In this document: in pieces, positions 57,891-64,000 of the stretch
Numbering within the stretch: the first letter of the stretch is position 1
How the letters are laid out: every line of letters starts with the position of its first letter
Assembly (NCBI GenBank): GCA_963612845.1
Contig: CAVDWO010000002.1
Coordinates: forward strand, 15,335-79,334
Length of the DNA: 64,000 bases
Source: Alistipes onderdonkii
GTDB taxonomy: Bacteria; Bacillota; Clostridia; Oscillospirales; Oscillospiraceae
Direction: 5' to 3'
Program-made: the position numbers and the translations under genes
The notes under the pieces: model-generated
Told to the model about the DNA's origin: nothing
The model's database searches: none
What the model saw: only the letters and a program-made list of their open reading frames with translations

Positions 57891-58799
57891 ATGTTCGGAT
57901 ATGTCAGACCCGCTCCGGAGCGGCTGAGCGAGGGGGACGAGCCGCTTTTCCGGCAGGCTTACTGCGGACTTTGCCACACGCTTGGGGAGAAGTACGGCTT
58001 TGCCGCGCGCTTCGTGCTGAATTTTGATTTTACCTTTCTGGCGATCCTCCTCTCCGGCACGCAGGCGCCGGAGTGCGTGAGCCGCCGCTGCGCGGCGCAC
58101 CCGTGCAAGGCGCAGTGCGTGATGGCGCAGACCCCCGCGCTCGAAACGGCGGCGGATCACAGCATTGTGCTTACATGGTGGCAGCTGCGCGACCATATCG
58201 CCGACCACGGCTTTCTGACGGGGCTGCCTTACCGGCTCGCCGCGCTCACGCTGCGCCGTGCGTATCGGAAAGCGCGGCGCTGCGTCCCTGCCTTTGACGA
58301 GGCGGTGCGGCGGCACCTTGCGGAGCTGTCGCGGCGCGAGGAGGAGCGCTGCGCTTCGCTCGACGCGGCAGCCGAGCCCTTCGCCGCGCTGATGGCGGAC
58401 ATTGCGGACTGTGTGCCGGATACGGCGCAGCGGCGCGTGATGGCGGAGATCTTCTACCATCTTGGTCGCTGGATCTATCTGGTCGACGCGGCGGACGATC
58501 TGGAAAAGGACTTCCGCTCCGGCTGCTATAACCCGCTGCGCTTCCGCTACGGGCTGGAAAGCGGCACGCTCAGCGAAGAACTCCGGCAGGAGGTCGCGCT
58601 CTCGCTCGACCTCTCCGTGCACCGCATGGCAAGCGCCTACGCGCTGCTCGACCGCGGCGCGTGGTCCGGTATTCTTGACAGTATTTTTTACGAGAGCCTT
58701 TACGGGATCGGCGGCGCGGTCCTGAAGGGCACCTACCATAAGCCCCCGCGCAGGGTGCATTTCCGCACCAAACCAAAGGAAAACGAGGACACTGTATGA
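57891..58799 (+). CDS. DUF5685-like protein
   Basis: MFGYVRP, YCGLC, LGRWIYLVDA.DD...D...GCYNP. Confidence 0.8.
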   Translation: MFGYVRPAPERLSEGDEPLFRQAYCGLCHTLGEKYGFAARFVLNFDFTFLAILLSGTQAPECVSRRCAAHPCKAQCVMAQTPALETAADHSIVLTWWQLRDHIADHGFLTGLPYRLAALTLRRAYRKARRCVPAFDEAVRRHLAELSRREEERCASLDAAAEPFAALMADIADCVPDTAQRRVMAEIFYHLGRWIYLVDAADDLEKDFRSGCYNPLRFRYGLESGTLSEELRQEVALSLDLSVHRMASAYALLDRGAWSGILDSIFYESLYGIGGAVLKGTYHKPPRRVHFRTKPKENEDTV

Positions 58800-59422
58800 A
58801 CGATCCCTATCAGATCCTGAATATCCCGCCGACCGCCACCGACGAGGAGGTCAAGCGCGCCTACCGCGAGCTTGCCCGCAAATACCACCCGGACAATTAC
58901 CATGATAATCCGCTGGCGGATCTGGCGCAGGAGAAAATGAAGGCGATCAACGAGGCGTACGACCAGATTCAGAAGCAGCGCAAGGCGTCGGCGCAGAGCG
59001 GCTATTCGGAGAGCGCCTACGGCGGCGCGTCCTACGGCAGCTCCGCTTACGGCGGCGGGCGGCTCCAGCAGATCCGCCTCGCCATCAACCGCGGCGATAT
59101 CTCCACGGCGGAGCGGATGCTCGGTGCGATCTCCGAGCACGACGCCGAGTGGAACTTCCTGATGGGGATCGTCTGCTCGCGGCGCGGCTGGCTGGACGAG
59201 GCGAAGCGCTATCTGGAGACCGCCGTGCAGATGGACCCCGGCAACGGAGAATACCGCAGCGCGCTCGCCTCGCTGACCGGCGCGGGCTACCGTCCTGCGG
59301 GCTTCCACACGTTCCGCACCGGCAGCTTCGACGACGACAGCTGCCTGCGCTGCTGTGCCGCGTGGTCGTGCTGTACGCTGTTCAGCGGCGGGGGCTGCTA
59401 CTTCTTTCCCTGCATCTACTAA
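58796..59422 (+). CDS. J-domain protein with TPR-like region and Cys-rich tail
   Basis: DPYQIL..AYR..YHPD J domain; CLRCCAAWSCC tail. Confidence 0.9.
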   Translation: MNDPYQILNIPPTATDEEVKRAYRELARKYHPDNYHDNPLADLAQEKMKAINEAYDQIQKQRKASAQSGYSESAYGGASYGSSAYGGGRLQQIRLAINRGDISTAERMLGAISEHDAEWNFLMGIVCSRRGWLDEAKRYLETAVQMDPGNGEYRSALASLTGAGYRPAGFHTFRTGSFDDDSCLRCCAAWSCCTLFSGGGCYFFPCIY

Positions 59423-59445
59423 TACGATAACGGAGGAAACCAATC

Positions 59446-60333
59446 GTGGTCAAGAGCATGACCGGCTATGGGAGAGCCAAGAAAACCCTGTCCAACCGCA
59501 GTATCACCGTCGAGGTGCGCTCGGTCAACAACCGCTATCTCGACTGCACAGTGAAGCTGCCGCGCGCATATATTTTTGCCGAGGACGCCATCAAGGGGCG
59601 CGTGCAGAATGTCATTTCCCGGGGAAAGGTGGACGTATTCGTCAGCATTGACTCCACCGGCGCGGACGAGGAAGTCGTCACGGTCAACGAGGGGCTTGCA
59701 CGCAGCTATCTCGGCGCGCTGCAAAGGCTCTATGAGCTTGATGGCGGGACGCTCCTTGAAAAGAAAGCCTGCGTGACGGATCTTGCCCGTATTCCGGACG
59801 TGCTGACCGTTACGAAGGCGGAGGAGGATCTCGAATCCGTCGGCGCGGACATCTGCGAGGTGCTCGACGAAGCGCTCGCTTCTTACAACCAGATGCGCGC
59901 GACGGAGGGGGTAAAGCTCGCCGAGGACATCGCCGGACGGCTCGACACCATCGAGGCGCTCACCGGCAGGGTCGAGCAGCGCTCGCCCGAAACGGTGCGC
60001 GAGTACCGTGAAAAGCTGACGGCGCGTATGCAGGAGGTCCTGCAAAGCACAACGATCGACGAGAGCCGTATTTTGACCGAGGCAGCTATTTATGCCGACA
60101 AGATCGCCGTGGACGAGGAGACTGTGCGCCTGCGCTCCCACGTTGCGCAGCTGCGCGATATGCTGCGCTCGGACGAACCGATGGGCCGCAAGATGGACTT
60201 TCTCATTCAGGAGGTCAACCGAGAGAGCAATACGATCGGCTCGAAGTGCAACGACGTGACCATCGCGCGCGATGTGGTCGCACTCAAGGCGGAGGTCGAG
60301 AAGATCCGCGAGCAGGTCCAGAACATCGAATAA
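59446..60333 (+). CDS. yloC: YicC/YloC endoribonuclease
   Basis: [42 protein letters not shown]. Confidence 0.95.
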   Translation: MVKSMTGYGRAKKTLSNRSITVEVRSVNNRYLDCTVKLPRAYIFAEDAIKGRVQNVISRGKVDVFVSIDSTGADEEVVTVNEGLARSYLGALQRLYELDGGTLLEKKACVTDLARIPDVLTVTKAEEDLESVGADICEVLDEALASYNQMRATEGVKLAEDIAGRLDTIEALTGRVEQRSPETVREYREKLTARMQEVLQSTTIDESRILTEAAIYADKIAVDEETVRLRSHVAQLRDMLRSDEPMGRKMDFLIQEVNRESNTIGSKCNDVTIARDVVALKAEVEKIREQVQNIE

Positions 60334-60346
60334 AGGGGAACGAAAG

Positions 60347-60604
60347 ATGAAGCTGCTGAATATCGGATTCGGCAATATGATCTCCGCCGAGCGGCTGATC
60401 GCCGTCGTCAGCCCCGACAGCGCGCCCATCAAGCGGCTCGTTCAGGAGTCGCGCGAGCGGGGAATGCTGATCGACGCAACCTACGGGCGTAAGACGGCGT
60501 CCGTGTTCATCATGGACAGCGACCACGTGGTGCTGAGCGCGGTGACGGCGGAAAAGCTGCTCGCGAGGCTCGGCGTGGAGACGCTTGGAATGGAGGAAGA
60601 ATAG
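60347..60604 (+). CDS. remA: RemA/DUF370 regulator
   Basis: [32 protein letters not shown]. Confidence 0.93.
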   Translation: MKLLNIGFGNMISAERLIAVVSPDSAPIKRLVQESRERGMLIDATYGRKTASVFIMDSDHVVLSAVTAEKLLARLGVETLGMEEE

Positions 60605-60610
60605 CGCGTT

Positions 60611-61204
60611 ATGTATAAGGGTAAAACATTTATCATCTCCGGTCCGTCCGGGGTGGGCAAGAGCACGGTGCTAAGGGAGCTTTTCAAGGACCGCAGCGAT
60701 CTTTACTTTTCCGTTTCCGCCACGACGCGCGCGCCGCGTCAGGGCGAGATCGACGGCGTCCACTATCATTTTACCGACGTGGACCATTTCCAGCGCCTGA
60801 TTTCGGAGGATGCCTTTCTGGAATACGCCGAATACGTCGGCAACTTTTACGGCACGCCCAAGCGCTTCGTCGATGAGGCGATGGCGCAGGGCAAGGACGT
60901 GATCCTCGATATCGAGGTGCAGGGCGCGCTTCAGGTGACGAGCAAGCGTCCGGACGTGGTGCGGATATTCATTGCGCCGCCGAGCTGGCAGGCGCTTGAG
61001 CAGCGGCTGGTCGGCCGCGGAACGGACAGTCCCGAGAAGGTGCGCAAGCGGCTCGTCCGCGCCAAGGTCGAGCTGCAGAACGCCAACACCTATGATTATT
61101 TCGTTATCAACGACACGGTCGAACAGGCTGTGCGCGAGATCAACGCCATCATGCTCGCCGAGCATTGCAAGCCCGCCGAGCGCATGGCGATATTGTCCCA
61201 ATAA
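60611..61204 (+). CDS. gmk: Guanylate kinase
   Basis: SGPSGVGKST, SATTRAPR, YGTP, DIEVQGA. Confidence 0.97.
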   Translation: MYKGKTFIISGPSGVGKSTVLRELFKDRSDLYFSVSATTRAPRQGEIDGVHYHFTDVDHFQRLISEDAFLEYAEYVGNFYGTPKRFVDEAMAQGKDVILDIEVQGALQVTSKRPDVVRIFIAPPSWQALEQRLVGRGTDSPEKVRKRLVRAKVELQNANTYDYFVINDTVEQAVREINAIMLAEHCKPAERMAILSQ

Positions 61205-61245
61205 CCGATAAAAAACAGCCGTATGGCGAAAGGAAGTAATTTATC

Positions 61246-61458
61246 ATGATGCTTTATCCCGCAATGAGCACGCTCAACAAGTACATTGAAAACCGCTACC
61301 TGCTGGTGAACGTCGTGGCGCGCCGCGCCCGTCAGATCGCCGAGGAAGCCGACGAGGAGGGTATCGCTCTCACGGAGAAGCCGGTCACCACGGCGATCAA
61401 CGAGGTGGCAGCCGGGGAGATCAGCACCGCCGGGATCGACACCACCATCGCACACTGA
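61246..61458 (+). CDS. rpoZ: RNA polymerase omega subunit
   Basis: NRYLLVNVVARRARQI, KPVTTA. Confidence 0.95.
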   Translation: MMLYPAMSTLNKYIENRYLLVNVVARRARQIAEEADEEGIALTEKPVTTAINEVAAGEISTAGIDTTIAH

Positions 61459-61489
61459 ACGAACAACACGGAGAGAAAGGGGAGACTGT

Positions 61490-63958
61490 ATGGCAGAGAG
61501 AAGGATCGCTCGCATTGCAGTCTCTTCTGTTCCGTATGCGGCGGACAGGCTCTATACCTACCTCGTGCCGGAGCCGCTTGAGGGGCTTGTCGCAGCGGGA
61601 AAGCGCGTCACCGTTCCCTTTGGACGTGGCAACCGCCGCAGCGAAGGGCTCGTTCTCGAGCTGGGGCGCGAAGAGGACACCGTGCCGCTCAAGGCAATCG
61701 GCGCGGTGCTGGACGATGCGCCGCTGCTGGACGGGAACGAGCTTCGGCTCGTCCGATGGATGAAGGCGCGGTATTTCTGCACCTATTACGACGCGGTCAA
61801 GGCGATCCTGCCCGGCGGCGTGTGGCTGCGCTACCGCGAGATCTGGCGGCTGAACGACGCGGTCGGCGCGGAGAACGCGCTCTCCTCCGTCGCGCCGGAC
61901 TCGGCGGAGGAAACCCTGCTGCGTGCCGTGCTGAGCGCGAAGGGGCTTGAGCGCGCCGCGCTCGATGAGCTTGGCGGCGAAAAAACAGGCAAAACGCTCC
62001 GCGCGCTCGAGCAGAGGGGCTTGCTCGTCTGCGAGACGACGGTAAAGCGCCGCCTTACGGACAAAACGGTGCGCATGGTATCGCTCCGCGTCAGCGCGGA
62101 GGACGCGCTCGCCGTCGTTGCGCCGAAGCGCCGAAGCGCGCCGGTGCGCTGCGCGGTCGTGGAGCTGCTGAGCCGCGAGGGGACGCTTTCCGCCGCGGAG
62201 ATCGGCTACTACACCGGCGCGACGATGCAGACGCTGCGCGGTCTGGAGCGCGCCGGACTGATCGCCTTTTCCGAGCGGGAGGAGCTTCGCGTGAGCGAAT
62301 ACGCCTCCGGCGCGCCGGAGACGGCGGTCACGCTCAACGATGAACAGCGCGCCGCCTGCGAGGGGCTTTCCGCCCTGCTGGGGCGCGAGGGCGGCAGTGC
62401 GGCGCTGCTGTACGGCGTGACCGCCAGCGGCAAAACGCAGGTCTACCTTGAGCTGATCGAGGAAACGCTGCGCCGAGGGAGAACGGCGATGCTGCTCGTG
62501 CCCGAGATCGCGCTGACGCCGCAGATGCTGCGGCGGTTTACGGCGCGCTTCGGCGCGGACGTGGCGCTGCTCCACAGCGCGTTGCCTCTCACCGAGCGCT
62601 ACGACCAGTGGAAACGCATCCGCCGCGGCGAGGTGCGCGTGGTGCTCGGGACGCGCAGCGCGGTGTTTGCGCCGCTTCCGAAGCTCGGCTTGATCGTCCT
62701 CGACGAGGAGCAGGAGACGAGCTACCGCTCGGAAAATCCACCGCGCTATCAGGCGCGCGATATCGCGCAGTTTCGCTGCGCGCAAAATGGCGCGCTGCTG
62801 CTTCTCGGCTCGGCAACGCCGACCGTCGAGACGGCGTATTACGCCAAACACGGGCGCTATCAAGTATTTTCCCTTCACAGGAGATACAACGATCTGCCGC
62901 TGCCGAAGGTGCTCATCGCCGATTTGAAGGACGAGCTGCGGCAGGGGAACGAGACCTCCATCGGGCGCGTGCTGCGCGCGGAGCTTACCAAAAATCTTGA
63001 GCGCGGCGAGCAGAGTATTCTGTTCCTCAACCGCCGCGGCAGCGCGCGGCTGCTGCTGTGCGGCGAGTGCGGCTACGTGCCGCAGTGCCCGCGGTGCAGC
63101 GTGCCGATGACCTACCATTCCGCGAACGGGCGGTTGATGTGCCACTACTGCGGTCATTCTGAAACCGCGGCGGAGCGCTGCTGCGAGTGCGGCGGGCTGA
63201 TGAAGCACGTCGGCGCCGGCACGCAGCGGGTCGAGCAGGAGCTTGGCGCGCTGTTTCCGGGGACGAAGGTCCTCCGCATGGACGCCGACACCGTCGGCGC
63301 GGCGCGCAGCCACGAGACGCTGCTGCGGGAGTTTGAGGAAAAGAAGGTCCCGATCCTCCTCGGCACGCAGATGGTGGCGAAGGGTCTGGATTTCGACAAT
63401 GTGACGCTCGTCGGCGTGCTGGACGCAGACCTTTCGCTGTATGCGCAGAACTACGGTGCCGCCGAGCGGACCTACAGCCTGCTGGCGCAGGTCGTCGGCC
63501 GTGCCGGACGGGGAGACCGCGCGGGGCGCGCGGTCATCCAGACCTACCACCCGGAGAGCGAGGTCATTCGCGCGGCTGCCGCGCAGGACTACGAGGCGTT
63601 TTACCGCGGCGAGTTGCGTCTGCGCCGCCTGCGGCGCTATCCGCCGTTTGCGGAGCTTTTCACGCTGACGGTCTCCGGACTTGAAGAACACCGCGTGATC
63701 GCGGCGTCCTGCGCGCTGCGGGACGCGCTGCGCGCAAGCGTCGAGGGCGGCAGGCTCTGCCCGCGGGATACGGAGATCCTCGGTCCCGCCGCCGCGCCGG
63801 TGGTCAAGGTCAACAACCGCTACCGCTACCGGCTCTACGTCTGCGGAACGGACGGCGGCGCGCTGCGCCGCATGGTGAGCGGGTATCTGTCGGCGTTTTA
63901 TGCAAGGAAGGAAAACCGCGGACTCGACATTTTTGCCGACTGCAATGCTTTACAATAG
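61490..63958 (+). CDS. priA: Primosomal helicase PriA
   Basis: GVTASGKT, DEEQE, CXXC zinc cluster, GTQMVAKG, GRAGR. Confidence 0.97.
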   Translation: MAERRIARIAVSSVPYAADRLYTYLVPEPLEGLVAAGKRVTVPFGRGNRRSEGLVLELGREEDTVPLKAIGAVLDDAPLLDGNELRLVRWMKARYFCTYYDAVKAILPGGVWLRYREIWRLNDAVGAENALSSVAPDSAEETLLRAVLSAKGLERAALDELGGEKTGKTLRALEQRGLLVCETTVKRRLTDKTVRMVSLRVSAEDALAVVAPKRRSAPVRCAVVELLSREGTLSAAEIGYYTGATMQTLRGLERAGLIAFSEREELRVSEYASGAPETAVTLNDEQRAACEGLSALLGREGGSAALLYGVTASGKTQVYLELIEETLRRGRTAMLLVPEIALTPQMLRRFTARFGADVALLHSALPLTERYDQWKRIRRGEVRVVLGTRSAVFAPLPKLGLIVLDEEQETSYRSENPPRYQARDIAQFRCAQNGALLLLGSATPTVETAYYAKHGRYQVFSLHRRYNDLPLPKVLIADLKDELRQGNETSIGRVLRAELTKNLERGEQSILFLNRRGSARLLLCGECGYVPQCPRCSVPMTYHSANGRLMCHYCGHSETAAERCCECGGLMKHVGAGTQRVEQELGALFPGTKVLRMDADTVGAARSHETLLREFEEKKVPILLGTQMVAKGLDFDNVTLVGVLDADLSLYAQNYGAAERTYSLLAQVVGRAGRGDRAGRAVIQTYHPESEVIRAAAAQDYEAFYRGELRLRRLRRYPPFAELFTLTVSGLEEHRVIAASCALRDALRASVEGGRLCPRDTEILGPAAAPVVKVNNRYRYRLYVCGTDGGALRRMVSGYLSAFYARKENRGLDIFADCNALQ

Positions 63959-63977
63959 AGAAAAGAGGAAGAACATT

Positions 63978-64000
63978 ATGGCGATTCGCACCATTCGGGA
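63978..64000 (+). CDS. def: Probable peptide deformylase, N-terminal fragment
   Basis: MAIRTIR after GAGGA SD; conserved position after priA. Confidence 0.65.

Noticed and set aside
1..64000. CRISPR arrays, IS or prophage genes, tRNA and rRNA
   Set aside because: No spaced direct repeats, transposase or integrase motifs, or structural RNA signatures seen.

Overview
GC-rich, almost entirely core-genome chromosome of a spore-forming, probably butyrate-producing Clostridia bacterium. Gene order and proteins look Oscillospiraceae-like; this is inferred, not searched. Gene order: cdsA-rseP-ispG-polC; a minus-strand polyamine ABC operon (XRE/cupin regulator-potA-potB-potCD-thioesterase-radical SAM); rluA; yceD-rpmF; der-plsY-gpsA-NUDIX; rpmB; hprK-murB-rapZ-whiA-dnaE-GNAT; spoIIIAA-AH; asp23-nusB-xseAB-ispA; metQNI; scpAB-ytfI-gerW-dac-rluB-rpiR-cmk-plsC-ispH/rpsA; but; carD-ispDF; csd; cdaA-cdaR-rseC-DUF5685-J protein-yloC-remA-gmk-rpoZ-priA-def. 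No mobile element, CRISPR array, rRNA or tRNA was seen. The novelty lies in short leaders and in protein architecture. (1) A 38-aa leader peptide with 10 Met codons and mutually exclusive terminator/antiterminator helices precedes metQNI, a candidate ribosome-mediated methionine attenuator where an S-box or T-box would be expected. (2) The MetQ it controls is circularly permuted. (3) An MRLR (ErmDL-like, macrolide-arrest motif) leader peptide with an SD-overlapping hairpin precedes a GNAT acetyltransferase. (4) PotA carries a ~177-aa tandem acidic repeat insertion in its TOBE region. (5) A promoter and RBS hidden inside ispH could produce free S1 from the ispH-rpsA fusion. All mechanisms are inferred from reading the sequence by eye; no database or folding computation was run.
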